64,000 bases of DNA from Gemmatimonadota bacterium (GTDB taxonomy: Bacteria; Gemmatimonadota; Gemmatimonadetes; Longimicrobiales; Gaopeijiaceae). Shown one piece after another: positions 31,840 through 42,020 of this stretch. The translations under genes and the position numbers were made by a program. The stretch spans positions 2,016,001-2,080,000 of the forward strand of contig JAXHMG010000003.1 of the NCBI GenBank assembly GCA_034521595.1. The letters are read 5' to 3'. The notes beneath the pieces were generated by a model. The model did no database searches. It was not told where the DNA came from and was given only the letters and a program-made list of their open reading frames with translations. The first letter of the stretch is position 1. Every line of letters begins with the position of its first letter.

Positions 31840-33107
31840 CAGCGCGAGCCTCCCCGGTTGTCGCCCGGTGGATACCGTTCGAGGAAGCGCTCCACCGCGC
31901 TCGCGATACCGGTAGCGGCGCGGTCCTGGAAATCATCCCGCGCCAGGAGACGGGCCTCGTCCTCGTTCGTCAGGAAGCCGACCTCCACGAGGACCGAGGG
32001 CATGAGCGCATTCGTGAGCACCGCGAAAGGCCCCTGCTTCACCCCGCGGTTCGGACCCGGGTGGAAGCGGTCCAGCTCGTCCTGGATCAACTCCGCCAGC
32101 AGCGCCGACCAATGTTGGTGGTCGAAGTTCCGCAGCTCCCTCAATATGAAGTCGAGGTCCGACTGTCGGCTCACGTCCACGCCCCGGCCCCGTATGCTCA
32201 GAGGCGCGTTCTCGATGGCGGACACGCGGCGCTCGTCCTCGGTCCTGGCCTCGGACAGGAAGTACGTCTCGAAGCCCCGGGTGGTGCGCCTCGCCGCAAA
32301 CGAGTTGGCGTGGATCGAGACGAACACGCCGGGACGCTCCCCCTTGGCTTCGGTCGCCAGAAGTCCCCGCTGCCAAAGATCCACGAACCCGTCATCGTCG
32401 CGGGTCATGCGTACCTCGATATCGGAAGCCTCGCTCAGGCGATCCGCGACCTTCCTCGCGATGCCGAGGGCGACGTCCTTCTCCCGGATGCCTCCCCGTC
32501 CGATCGCACCCGGATCGGCACCACCGTGTCCGGCATCGATCCACACGATGCGGACGCCGTCGTCGGCGCGCTCGGGGACGGGCCCGGGCTCCGGATCCTC
32601 CGTCGTCGTCGAGGGCCGCGACGACGCCTCTTCGGGCGCCGGCCGCTCCGGCGACGTGGGCGTGCCCGAGGCATCCGGGACCCCCGCACGCAGGATTCCG
32701 GCCTCGGGGTCGTAGTCGTAGTACTCCGGAAGCCGCTCGGGGAGGAACTCGGTCAGGACCTGGAGCGGTATGAAGGTCTCGCCACCGTCACGGTACGGAG
32801 CGTTCACGAGCTGCAGGGGCCGTTCGTTCCACCGAAGGAATGCGGAGCCGAGCTGCAAGCGCACCTCGGCATGCGTCCCCGCTGACAGGACGAGGTGTCC
32901 GTCACGCTCCTCGGCGAGCCAGCCGAGCTCACGGAACTCGGAGAGAGGCACTCCCGCGTGTCCCCGCTCGGTCGTGACGGAGACCGGTTCCACGGAGCGG
33001 TCCTCTCGCTCAATACGCAGATCTCCTGCGCTCTCCTGAGCCCCGGCGGGGTGAGCCACCGCCGCGACCAGAAGCACGATCCCGACGCTCCGGACCGACG
33101 GCCGCAT
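31839..33107 (-). CDS. N-acetylmuramoyl-L-alanine amidase (Amidase_3)
   Basis: IDAGHGGADPGA, EKDV, FVSIHANS, PSVLVEVGF; signal peptide. Confidence 0.92.
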   Translation of the reverse strand: MRPSVRSVGIVLLVAAVAHPAGAQESAGDLRIEREDRSVEPVSVTTERGHAGVPLSEFRELGWLAEERDGHLVLSAGTHAEVRLQLGSAFLRWNERPLQLVNAPYRDGGETFIPLQVLTEFLPERLPEYYDYDPEAGILRAGVPDASGTPTSPERPAPEEASSRPSTTTEDPEPGPVPERADDGVRIVWIDAGHGGADPGAIGRGGIREKDVALGIARKVADRLSEASDIEVRMTRDDDGFVDLWQRGLLATEAKGERPGVFVSIHANSFAARRTTRGFETYFLSEARTEDERRVSAIENAPLSIRGRGVDVSRQSDLDFILRELRNFDHQHWSALLAELIQDELDRFHPGPNRGVKQGPFAVLTNALMPSVLVEVGFLTNEDEARLLARDDFQDRAATGIASAVERFLERYPPGDNRGGSR

Positions 33108-33562
33108 TAGTGCACCTCCATGGCCCGCTTGGCTTCCCGGTCCTGCTGCTTGCGCTTCAAGGCCTCGCGCTTGTCGTGGAGCTTACGGCCCCGCGCCACG
33201 GCGAGCTTCACCTTGGCATGGCCACGCACGAAGTAGATCTCGAGCGGCACCAACGTCAGGCCTTTCTCTTCCGTCTCGGCGACCAGCTTGCGGATCTCCT
33301 GCTTGTGGAGAAGGAGCCGCCGCGTGCGGACCGGGTCCACGTTGGCCCGATTCGCCTGCTCGTACGGGCTGATGTGAAGGTTGTACAACAGGACCTCGCC
33401 ACCTTCGACCCGCGCGAACGCATCCTGGAAGGCCACCTGGCCCGCACGGAGGGATTTCACCTCCGGGCCGCGAAGCTCCATTCCGGCCTCGTACGTCTCC
33501 AGGATATCGTATTCGTGCCTGGCCTTTCGGTTCGTGGCGACGACTTTCCGCCCTTCGCTCAC
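33107..33562 (-). CDS. smpB: SsrA-binding protein
   Basis: NRKARHEY...EAGMELRGPEVKSLR...RGRKLHDKR; GTG start overlapping the upstream stop. Confidence 0.97.
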   Translation of the reverse strand: MSEGRKVVATNRKARHEYDILETYEAGMELRGPEVKSLRAGQVAFQDAFARVEGGEVLLYNLHISPYEQANRANVDPVRTRRLLLHKQEIRKLVAETEEKGLTLVPLEIYFVRGHAKVKLAVARGRKLHDKREALKRKQQDREAKRAMEVH

Positions 33563-34404
33563 GTTTCTTCCGGGAAGCTCACGACCCCCACCCTGCTCGC
33601 CTTTCTCATGGTATACACCTGGGCGAATTCGCCACCGAGGATAAACACTAGCGACCCGTAATAGATCCAGAAAAAGAGGACCGCGACGGTGGCCATGTTG
33701 CCGAACGCGGAGCCGTAGTCGGCCACCTCGGTCGCGTACCAGGAAAACGCGCCCTTGAGCACCTCGTACCCGAGCGCCGTGAACGTCGCGGCGATTGCCG
33801 CCGACTTCCAAGGAATGCTACGCGCGGGCAGATATCGGTAGGTGATGAGAAACAGGATCCAAATGGACCCGAGTGCCAGAGCGATCCCGAAGGTGCGCTG
33901 CGCCAGAGTCAGGGTCCAACCCTCGAGGCCGATGAAGTCGACCGTGTAGTCCATGGCCGTCGAGAGGGCCACCGTCACACCCAGATTGAGCGTCAGGAGC
34001 ACGACCCCGATCAACACCACGAGCACGTCGAAGAGCTTGGCCTGCACCACGCCCCGCCGGTCCGCGACGTCGAAGATCTCACGCAGGGCCGTGCGCACGG
34101 TTCCCACGAGCCGTGTCGCGAGCAGCACGAAGAACACGAGACCGACGAGCGTGAAGCCCGTCCGCTGGGTGACCAGCCCTTCGGTCAGCCCCTGGACGAG
34201 GCCGGTGAGATCCACGCCGGCGTCCGGCAACACGTCGGCGACGAGCGCGATCACCGCCGCAGTGGGATCGTCGAAGCGCGTGCTGAGGACGAACCCGGTG
34301 AGCCCGACCCCGAGGATCAGCAGGGGGAACAGCGCGATCAGAACGTTGAACGCGATCGCGCTGGCCATGAAGAAGACGTCGTCGTCATTCGCCTTCTCGT
34401 ACAT
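33559..34404 (-). CDS. YihY/BrkB family membrane protein
   Basis: ASAIAFNVLIALFP, YRYLP, YGSAFG, ILGGEF; multiple TM helices; the true start may be further upstream. Confidence 0.85.
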   Translation of the reverse strand: MYEKANDDDVFFMASAIAFNVLIALFPLLILGVGLTGFVLSTRFDDPTAAVIALVADVLPDAGVDLTGLVQGLTEGLVTQRTGFTLVGLVFFVLLATRLVGTVRTALREIFDVADRRGVVQAKLFDVLVVLIGVVLLTLNLGVTVALSTAMDYTVDFIGLEGWTLTLAQRTFGIALALGSIWILFLITYRYLPARSIPWKSAAIAATFTALGYEVLKGAFSWYATEVADYGSAFGNMATVAVLFFWIYYGSLVFILGGEFAQVYTMRKASRVGVVSFPEET

Positions 34405-34466
34405 CCTCCTCAGGAACTCGAGCGCTCGATGCCCGCGACGGAGGTGATGCGGACGCTTCGAGACCC

Positions 34467-34892
34467 TCAGCCGCTCGCCTCACCCTCTTCGTCGGCGTCC
34501 GACTCTCCCGCTTCGCGCGCCGCTTCGACGCCCGCCCGGTAGGCCGCCTTGGACCGCTCGAGCCGCTCCTCGAGGTCTTCGCGTGCCTCGTACGCCGCGG
34601 TTCGTCCGGCGTCGACCGCCTCCCGCACCTCGTCGAATCGGGACTGGACCCCTTCACGGGCCTGGTCGAAGCGACCTTCGAGATTCCGCTGGGCATCGCG
34701 CATGCGATCTTCGGCGGTTTCCCGGAGCTGACGCGCCTTCTCACGTATCTCGGCCTGCGTTTCTTCACCGGATTTCGGAGCGAAGAGCAGGGCAAGACCC
34801 GCACCGACGAGCGCACCGACGACGAAAGAACCGACCTGACCACCCCCTTCCCGTTCGACGATGATGTGGGGCGTATCGTTCTGATCACGCAT
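34467..34892 (-). CDS. YtxH domain protein
   Basis: FVVGALVGAGLALLFAPKSGEET followed by a coiled coil. Confidence 0.88.
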   Translation of the reverse strand: MRDQNDTPHIIVEREGGGQVGSFVVGALVGAGLALLFAPKSGEETQAEIREKARQLRETAEDRMRDAQRNLEGRFDQAREGVQSRFDEVREAVDAGRTAAYEAREDLEERLERSKAAYRAGVEAAREAGESDADEEGEASG

Positions 34893-34983
34893 GCTGCAAC
34901 CTCCCAATGCCTGAATGCTCGCTCGACGAATGTGAATCTAACAGATCACGACGAAGGCGGGAAAAGGGATGAAAACCGACCCG

Positions 34984-36372
34984 TCACACGACCCACCGCG
35001 GATCGGCGGGCGCGATGTCCGGTACGTCCACGCCTTCCCGTCCCATCAACCCGTATGTGAGTCGCTTACCCATCTCGACGCCGGGCTGGTCCAACGGGTC
35101 GACCTCGTAGAGCGCTCCCGCGTAGACCGTGGCGACCTGCAGGAGCATGATGAGCTCCCCCAGAGCCTCGGGCGTGACCGCGGGAACCGCGAAGGTGGCG
35201 TTGGGCCGACCCGCCCGCCGGAGCGCTTCCGCGGTGGCCGTCCGCTCCGTGGCGAGCAACTCCCCGAGGGTGTGGCCCCCCAGATACGCCAACGCGTCGA
35301 TCTCGGGATGGCGCACGGGAATGGTCACGTCCTCACCCGGATCCTCGACGTCGACGAAGAGCACCACCTTGTCTTGCGGGCCTTCCATCAGAAGCTGCAG
35401 GAGCGAGTGCTGGTCGGTCGCCCCCAGAGCGGCGAGCGGTGTGGGGCCGGTCGGCCGGGCCTCGCCCGTCTCCGTTCGCGCCTTGCCGAGGCTCTCGGCC
35501 CAGAGCTGTTGGAACCACGCCGCCAGAGACCGGAGCCGGTCCGCGTACGGCATGAAGACGTGGATTCGGCGGTCCTGCTCCCGATCCGCGTGGTGGAGGA
35601 GGCCGGCGAAGACCCCGGCCGGATTGCGATCGAGCTCGGGCGTGCGGCACCGCTCCTCCATGCGCGCCGCTCCGGCCAGCAACCGATCCGGCTCGACCCC
35701 GCAGATCGCCGCGGGAAGAAGGCCGACGGCCGAGAGGACGCTGAAGCGACCGCCGACGTTCTCCGGCACGGCCAGCGCGGGGATTCCCTCGGCTTCACTG
35801 ATCTGGCGGAGGACCCCGCGCGCCGGATCCGTGGTGAAGAGGAAGTGGCCGCGCGCCTTGTCCGGCCCCACCGCCGCTTCCACACGTTCCCGAGCCACGA
35901 GGTATTGGGCCATGGTTTCGGCGGTCGCGCCCGACTTGCTCACGACGTTGAAGAGGGTGCGGGCGGGATCGACGCGCTCCAGGAGGCCCCGGAACGTATC
36001 CGGATCGGGGTTGTCGACGACGTGGAGGCGCGGGAAGTGATCACGGCCCTCCGCGCTCTTGTGGTTCCAGAACGGCCCGAGCAACGCATCACGCAGCGCG
36101 GTCGCCCCCAGGCCGGACCCTCCGATGCCGAGCACCACCACGTCCTCGAACCACTGCCCGAAGCCGTCGGCCAGCTCTTCCACCCGCTCCACCGACGCCG
36201 AAGCGTAGGGAAGCTCGAGAAACCCGAGCTCGCCCGCGTCGCGTCGCGCCTCGAAGCGCTCGTGCGCTCGCGCGAAGGACTCGGCCAGCGAGCCGCCGAA
36301 CGCCTCCACCGGCACACCGCCTTCGACGGCCGCCGCCACCATGTTGCCGTAATCGAAGCGAACACCGTCCAT
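34984..36372 (-). CDS. pgi: Glucose-6-phosphate isomerase
   Basis: LGIGGSGLG, VSKSGATAET, VGGRFSVLS, QLWAESLGK, DQPGVEMGK. Confidence 0.95.
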   Translation of the reverse strand: MDGVRFDYGNMVAAAVEGGVPVEAFGGSLAESFARAHERFEARRDAGELGFLELPYASASVERVEELADGFGQWFEDVVVLGIGGSGLGATALRDALLGPFWNHKSAEGRDHFPRLHVVDNPDPDTFRGLLERVDPARTLFNVVSKSGATAETMAQYLVARERVEAAVGPDKARGHFLFTTDPARGVLRQISEAEGIPALAVPENVGGRFSVLSAVGLLPAAICGVEPDRLLAGAARMEERCRTPELDRNPAGVFAGLLHHADREQDRRIHVFMPYADRLRSLAAWFQQLWAESLGKARTETGEARPTGPTPLAALGATDQHSLLQLLMEGPQDKVVLFVDVEDPGEDVTIPVRHPEIDALAYLGGHTLGELLATERTATAEALRRAGRPNATFAVPAVTPEALGELIMLLQVATVYAGALYEVDPLDQPGVEMGKRLTYGLMGREGVDVPDIAPADPRWVV

Positions 36373-37148
36373 CAGCCGACCTCCACCGTGAGTCCGTCGT
36401 ATGCGCCGAAAACCCCCTCCGGCAACCGTGCGTCGAGCTCTTCTTGACGCACCCTGTGGGTGAGGTGCGTCAAGTACGTACGGCCGGCGCCGAGCGCGCG
36501 GGCCACCTCCACGGCCTCCTCGACGTTGAAGTGCGACGGGTGGGACTTCCCGAACCAGAGTGCGTTCAGCACGAGTACGTCGACCCCTTCCAGGGCGGCC
36601 CAAGCGTCCGGCGGAAGGGATTTGGCATCCGTCACGTACCCCAGAGCTCCGACGCGGAATCCGTATGTATAGCACCCTCCGTGCGGCACCCGTATGGGCA
36701 AGAAGGCGCGGCCCAACAGGTCGAGCCGCTCCCCTTCGTCGAACGTGTGCAAGCGGATGCGCGGCTTCGAGCTTCCTTCGGGCGGCTGGAACTTGTCATC
36801 GAAGATGTATTGGAAGTGCCGCTCGATGGTCGGCTGGTATTCCGACGCCACGTAGGCGTCCATGTCGCCCTTCCGCACCGTGAAGATGCGCACGTCGTCG
36901 ATGCCGTGCACGTGATCGGCGTGCACGTGCGTGAACCACACCGCATCGACCGAGTCGACGCCGGCACGGAGAAGCTGCAGGCGAAGCTCGGGAGGCGTAT
37001 CGACGAGGAGGCGCCGGCCGTCGAGCTCGAGCAGGGCGCCGTGCCGGGTCCGCCAGTCTCTGGGATCGGATGACGTACACGTCGCGCAGTCACATCCGAC
37101 GACCGGAACGCCGAACGAGGTTCCAGTCCCGAGAAACGTCAGCTTCAT
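36372..37148 (-). CDS. MBL-fold metallo-hydrolase (PhnP-like)
   Basis: FLGTGTSFGVP, THVHADHVHGIDD, YLTHLTH. Confidence 0.9.
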   Translation of the reverse strand: MKLTFLGTGTSFGVPVVGCDCATCTSSDPRDWRTRHGALLELDGRRLLVDTPPELRLQLLRAGVDSVDAVWFTHVHADHVHGIDDVRIFTVRKGDMDAYVASEYQPTIERHFQYIFDDKFQPPEGSSKPRIRLHTFDEGERLDLLGRAFLPIRVPHGGCYTYGFRVGALGYVTDAKSLPPDAWAALEGVDVLVLNALWFGKSHPSHFNVEEAVEVARALGAGRTYLTHLTHRVRQEELDARLPEGVFGAYDGLTVEVG

Positions 37149-37155
37149 AGAGGCA

Positions 37156-38574
37156 TCACAGGCGCTCGAGTCTCATCGTATTCGTGGATCCGGACTGGTG
37201 GAAGGGGAACCCGGCCGTGATGACGACCGTCGCGCCGGGGTCTCCGACACCGCTCAGCCGCACCTGCTCGCACCCGAACTCCGCGAGCGCCGTGTACGAC
37301 ACCTCGACCTCGTCGGCCAGGGTGGGCCGAACCCCCCAAACCGCGGAGAGTTGGCAATACGTCGCCGGATCGGTCGTGACCGCGAACACGGGGACCGACG
37401 GACGGTAGGAGCTCATGAGCCGCGCCGAGAAGCCCGACCGGGTGATGACGACGATGGCCGGCGCGCCGACCTGCCGGGTGGATTCCATGGCCGCCGCCGC
37501 CACCGCGTGCTCCCGGGGAGACGCGCCCCCCCGTGACATCAGCCCCTGCTTCGTGAGGTACCGGGGACCTCGCTCGAGGAACCCGCTGCGCTCGATCTCG
37601 GTGCCGATCTTGACCAGGGCCCGCAGCGATTCTTCCGGGTACCGGCCGGTCGCCGTCTCACCGGAGAGCATGACCGCGTCGGTCCCGTCGAGAATCGCGT
37701 TCGCCACGTCCGACGCCTCGGCCCGTGTCGGCCGGGCATTCTCGATCATCGATTCGAGCATCTGCGTGGCGGTGATCACGGGACGACCGTAGAAGTTGGC
37801 CAGCTGAATGATCCGCTTCTGGGCCAGCGGCACCCGCTCGAACGGAAGCTCCACCCCCAGGTCCCCACGGGCCACCATCACGGCGTCCGTCTCGGCGAGG
37901 ATCTCCTCGATCGACCGGACGGCCTGGACCTTCTCGATCTTCGCCACCACGAGGGCACGTCCCGCCACCCGCTCCTTCAGGTCGATGACGTCTTCCGGTC
38001 GACGCACGAAGGATAGCCCGACGTATTCGACGCCGGTCTCGAGCGCGAAGTCGAGGTCGTCGACATCCTTCTCGGTCAACGAGGGCGTGCGCAACGCGAC
38101 GTTCGGCAGGTTGATGCCCTTGCGGCTCTTGAGGAGCCCTCCGCGCACGACCTCCAACCGCGCCCTGTTCCCCTCCGTGCTCACGCACCGGAGCTCGAGC
38201 ATCCCGTCGTCCAGGAGGACCTCGTTCCCCGGCTGGAGCTCCTCGGCGAGGGGCGCGTAGGTGGTGGGGATCTCGTCCCCCGAGGCCTCTCCCTCCGGTG
38301 CCACCACGACCGTGTCGCCGGGGTCCAGCACTCGTCCCCCCTCGAGCTCGCCCACGCGGATCTTCGGACCGGCCAGATCGACGAGCACCGCCACGGGCCT
38401 GCCCGCCTCCTCCGAAGCGCGACGAACTTCGGCGATGGTCCGCGCATGCTCCCGCCGGCTCCCGTGCGACATGTTGATGCGGGCGAGGTCCATACCGGCC
38501 GAGACGAGGGTGCGCACCATCTCCGGCGAGGAGCTAGCGGGACCCAGCGTACAGACGACCTTGGTTCGAAGCAT
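37156..38574 (-). CDS. pyk: Pyruvate kinase
   Basis: TKVVCTLGP, RINMSHG, AKIE, VARGDLGVE, ATQMLESM, MLSGETA. Confidence 0.97.
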   Translation of the reverse strand: MLRTKVVCTLGPASSSPEMVRTLVSAGMDLARINMSHGSRREHARTIAEVRRASEEAGRPVAVLVDLAGPKIRVGELEGGRVLDPGDTVVVAPEGEASGDEIPTTYAPLAEELQPGNEVLLDDGMLELRCVSTEGNRARLEVVRGGLLKSRKGINLPNVALRTPSLTEKDVDDLDFALETGVEYVGLSFVRRPEDVIDLKERVAGRALVVAKIEKVQAVRSIEEILAETDAVMVARGDLGVELPFERVPLAQKRIIQLANFYGRPVITATQMLESMIENARPTRAEASDVANAILDGTDAVMLSGETATGRYPEESLRALVKIGTEIERSGFLERGPRYLTKQGLMSRGGASPREHAVAAAAMESTRQVGAPAIVVITRSGFSARLMSSYRPSVPVFAVTTDPATYCQLSAVWGVRPTLADEVEVSYTALAEFGCEQVRLSGVGDPGATVVITAGFPFHQSGSTNTMRLERL

Positions 38575-38738
38575 GAGGAGCAGCACAGTGAAGGAAAAAC
38601 GAGAGAGGCGGCGACGACGGCGCCGAACCGAATTGTGGCGGTGCCCGGTAGAGGGGGCAACACCCGTGGGGGGGTGGCGTCCGCCCGACGATCGCTATCT
38701 TAACAGCCCGCCACTGCACGTCTCCAGACAAATGGCCC

Positions 38739-39881
38739 ATGACGTATATCCACGTCGACACCCCCGATGCCGCCGGTGAGCTGAAGCACACGCTATCCTC
38801 CGCATCGCGGATCGCGCTCGACTGCGAAGCCGCCGGCTTCCACCGCTACGACAACCGCCTCTGCCTGGTCCAGCTCACCGCCGGGGACGAGACATACGTG
38901 GTGGACCCGTTCGCGGTGGACGTGGCAGCGCTTCTCGGCGACGCCCTGCACCGTAGCGACGTCCCGATCGTCATGCACGGTGCCGACTTCGACCTGAGGC
39001 TCCTCGGCGGCGAGCTGGGCCTCCGCGTGAACGGCCTCTTCGACACCCAGATAGCCGCGTCGCTCCTGGGCGTGGAGTCGTTGGGGCTCGCGGCTTTGCT
39101 CGAGGCGCGGTTTGGAGTGAAGCTATCGAAAAAACACCAGCGTGCGGACTGGGCGGAGCGTCCGCTGAGCGACGAGATGCTCGAGTACGCCGCGAACGAC
39201 ACGCGCTATCTGCTCGAGCTCGCCGATCAACTCACCGCGGAGCTCGAAAGCGCCGGCCGCACGGAGTGGAGCGAGCAGGAGTGCCGGGCATTGGAAACGG
39301 TAGCCGACAACGCGGGCCCGCCCGACGAGCCCGAGGATCCGGTGATCCGAGTCAAGGGTGCCCGAGACCTCTCGACCCACCAGGTCGCCGCCCTGCGTGA
39401 AGCGCTCATGTGGCGCGACGAGATCGCGCGTGCCCGTGACCGAGCCGCGTTCAGAGTGGTGGGGGACGGCCCGCTCCTCGACGCGGTGGCGCGGCATCCG
39501 AAGCGCGTCGACGAACTCGTCGAGATCAAAGGCTTCCCCGGAAATCTCGCGCGCTCGGAGGGTGAAGAGCTCCTGAAGCGCCTCCATGCGGTGACGCTAG
39601 CGCCCGAGGACGACCTCGAGCCCTACCCGCGGGCCACCTCACGCGGAGCCGGCCGGCCTCCTCCTGAAGTCGAGGAGGTCGTCAACCGCCTGAAAGATGT
39701 GCGGAACCGGAAAGCAGAAGAGCTCGGCCTCCCCCGGGGCACCCTTTTGTCGAACGCCGTTCTGCTCCAGATCGCGACGGACGCACCGAGCTCTCTGGAC
39801 GCTCTCGGCTCGATCGACGGGATGCGCCCATGGCGGGTCGAGCTCCTGGGCCGCGAGCTCCTGGACGTCTTGCAGGCGTGA
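38739..39881 (+). CDS. rnd: Ribonuclease D (3'-5' exonuclease plus HRDC domains)
   Basis: IALDCE, HGADFD, FDTQIAA, DWAERPL, YAAND. Confidence 0.88.
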   Translation: MTYIHVDTPDAAGELKHTLSSASRIALDCEAAGFHRYDNRLCLVQLTAGDETYVVDPFAVDVAALLGDALHRSDVPIVMHGADFDLRLLGGELGLRVNGLFDTQIAASLLGVESLGLAALLEARFGVKLSKKHQRADWAERPLSDEMLEYAANDTRYLLELADQLTAELESAGRTEWSEQECRALETVADNAGPPDEPEDPVIRVKGARDLSTHQVAALREALMWRDEIARARDRAAFRVVGDGPLLDAVARHPKRVDELVEIKGFPGNLARSEGEELLKRLHAVTLAPEDDLEPYPRATSRGAGRPPPEVEEVVNRLKDVRNRKAEELGLPRGTLLSNAVLLQIATDAPSSLDALGSIDGMRPWRVELLGRELLDVLQA

Positions 39882-39907
39882 CCGCGAGGAGGCGGGCCCG
39901 TCTGCGC

Positions 39908-40291
39908 CTACGCCGCGTCCTCCTCCTTCCTCTTGCAATCGATGCAGTAGCGTGCATGCGGTAGCGCGTCCAACCGATCGAAGCCGACATCGGACCCACA
40001 GGTATGGCAGGTCCCGAACTTCTTCGGCTCGTCGTACAGACGCCGGAGGGCTTCCTCGAGCCGGTACAGGTAACGCCCTTCCTTGGTGGCGAACGCCGCC
40101 GCCTTCTCGCGCTCCATGGATTCGGTGCCCTGGTCGGCCATATGGTCGGTATACGCCGCGAAATCGGTATCGCCGCCGTCCCGTCCGGCTTTCGCCATCT
40201 CGTCGAAGAGCCCGAGCGCCTTCAGCGCGCGCTCCCGCTCGTCGTGCAATCGCTTCTCGATATGCTGCAACTGCTTCTTCGTCAGGGCCAT
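39908..40291 (-). CDS. DksA/TraR C4-type zinc finger protein
   Basis: HMADQGTE; CHTC...RLDALPHARYCIDC. Confidence 0.9.
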   Translation of the reverse strand: MALTKKQLQHIEKRLHDERERALKALGLFDEMAKAGRDGGDTDFAAYTDHMADQGTESMEREKAAAFATKEGRYLYRLEEALRRLYDEPKKFGTCHTCGSDVGFDRLDALPHARYCIDCKRKEEDAA

Positions 40292-40495
40292 GTCGTCCCC
40301 CCGGCAAGCTGAGATTTTAGCTATAAAAATTAACAACGAGTGCCTGGTACGTCCACGCGTGGAGGTTCCGCCCGAGCCAACGGAGGGGGCCGGCGCGAGC
40401 GCAGCGGAGGGGGCCGCGGTCCTCGGATCCCCAGCCGTGCTCAGGGGGTAGAGCCGCGCCACGAGACGATCCCCGCAGGACCAGGACCCGCACCC

Positions 40496-40780
40496 ATGAG
40501 CCCCACCCAGATCCGCTGCCGTCGCTGCAACCAGGACGTTCCCGCATTGGAGAAGCCGCCGTTCCGAAACGACCTCGGTGAGCGCATCGTCGCCGAGATC
40601 TGTGCATCCTGCTGGAAGGAGTGGCTCGAGCATCAGACCCTGCTCATCAACCACTACGGGCTCGATCCCCGCGACCAGAAAGCGCGGAAGTTCCTCTACG
40701 AGCAGATCGAGCAGGTCCTCCTGCAAGGTGCCGAAGGCGAGGACATCGACACCAGCCAGCAGGGCTCCATCGAGTGGTGA
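40496..40780 (+). CDS. YggX-like Fe(II)-trafficking/oxidative damage protection protein
   Basis: LGERIVAEICASCWKEWLEHQTLLINHYGL. Confidence 0.88.
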   Translation: MSPTQIRCRRCNQDVPALEKPPFRNDLGERIVAEICASCWKEWLEHQTLLINHYGLDPRDQKARKFLYEQIEQVLLQGAEGEDIDTSQQGSIEW

Positions 40781-40786
40781 GGAGCG

Positions 40787-42004
40787 TTACGCGGCCAGCA
40801 CCGTAGCGGCCGCGTCGAGCGCATACCCCAGATCCTCCTCGGCGACGGTCAGCGGCGGTGCGAAGCGGATGACCTGGCCGTGGGTTTCTTTCGCCAAGAC
40901 CCCCTGCGCTCGCAGTCGCTCACAAAAGGAGCGGGCGGGGCCACTCGACTCGCGGATCACGACCCCCACCATCAGGCCACGACCCCGCACCTCTTCCACG
41001 TGGGGCGAGTCGATCTCACGGAGCCCGGCGGTGAACAGCCGCCCCAGCCGATCGGACCGCTCGGCCAGCCCTTCGTCCAACACCACGCGGAGCGATGCCC
41101 GGCCGATCGCCGCTCCGAGCGGGTTCCCCCCGAACGTCGAGCCGTGGTCACCCGGCTCGAAGACGCCCATCAACGCGTCGTCGGCCAGCACGGCCGATAC
41201 GGGGTATACACCGCCCCCCAGAGCCTTGCCGACGATGAGGACGTCGGGACGAACGTCCTCCCAGTCACAACAGAAGAGGCGGCCGGTGCGGCCGAGTCCC
41301 GTCTGGATCTCGTCGGCCATCAGCGCCAACCCGTGCTCCGTGCAGATCTCGCGCGCGGCGGCCAGGTACCCGTCGGGCGGAACGACCACCCCGCCTTCAC
41401 CCTGGAGGGGCTCGAAGAGAAAGCCGACGGTATTCGGGCCCACGGCCGCCGCGAGCGCTTCGACGTCGCCGTACGGCACGATCCGGAAGCCCGGGGTGAA
41501 CGGACCGAACCCGTCCTTGTGCTGCGCCTCGGTCGAGAACCCCACGACGGTCGTCGTCCGCCCATGGAAGTTGTTGTCGCAGACGAGGATCTCCGCCTTG
41601 TCCGCGGGGACGCCGAGGCGGCCGTAGCCCCACTTGCGAACCATCTTGATGGCCGTTTCGACGGCTTCGGCACCGGTATTCATCGGAAGCGCGCGCGAAA
41701 AGCCCGTGGCCTCGCACAGCTCGCGGAGGAACGGACCGAGCTGGTCGTTGTGGAACGCCCGCGAGGTCAGCGTGAGCCGCTCGAGTTGGTCGCGCGCGGC
41801 CTCGAGGATAGCCGGATGGCGGTGTCCCTGGTTGACCGCGGAATAGGCGCTCAGCATGTCGAGGTACCGGTGGCCCTCGACGTCCCAGACCCAGGAACCC
41901 TCACCACGCTCGAGCACCACGGGGAGCGGGTGGTAGTTGTGCGCCCCGAACCGGTCGACCTCCGCGACCAATTCCTTCGTGCCCGACAGGGTCGAGAGTC
42001 CCAT
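40787..42004 (-). CDS. rocD: Ornithine--oxo-acid aminotransferase
   Basis: GAHNYHPLPVV, LSAYSAVNQGH, PMNTGAEAVETAIK, DEIQTGLGRTG, GKALGGG, HGSTFGGNPL. Confidence 0.93.
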   Translation of the reverse strand: MGLSTLSGTKELVAEVDRFGAHNYHPLPVVLERGEGSWVWDVEGHRYLDMLSAYSAVNQGHRHPAILEAARDQLERLTLTSRAFHNDQLGPFLRELCEATGFSRALPMNTGAEAVETAIKMVRKWGYGRLGVPADKAEILVCDNNFHGRTTTVVGFSTEAQHKDGFGPFTPGFRIVPYGDVEALAAAVGPNTVGFLFEPLQGEGGVVVPPDGYLAAAREICTEHGLALMADEIQTGLGRTGRLFCCDWEDVRPDVLIVGKALGGGVYPVSAVLADDALMGVFEPGDHGSTFGGNPLGAAIGRASLRVVLDEGLAERSDRLGRLFTAGLREIDSPHVEEVRGRGLMVGVVIRESSGPARSFCERLRAQGVLAKETHGQVIRFAPPLTVAEEDLGYALDAAATVLAA

Positions 42005-42020
42005 ACCGCCTCCTGCTCTG

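Noticed and set aside
34931-34950. CRP-like site TGTGA...TCACG upstream of ytxH
   Set aside because: Half-site spacing is 10 nt, not 6; better explained as part of an extended -10 promoter
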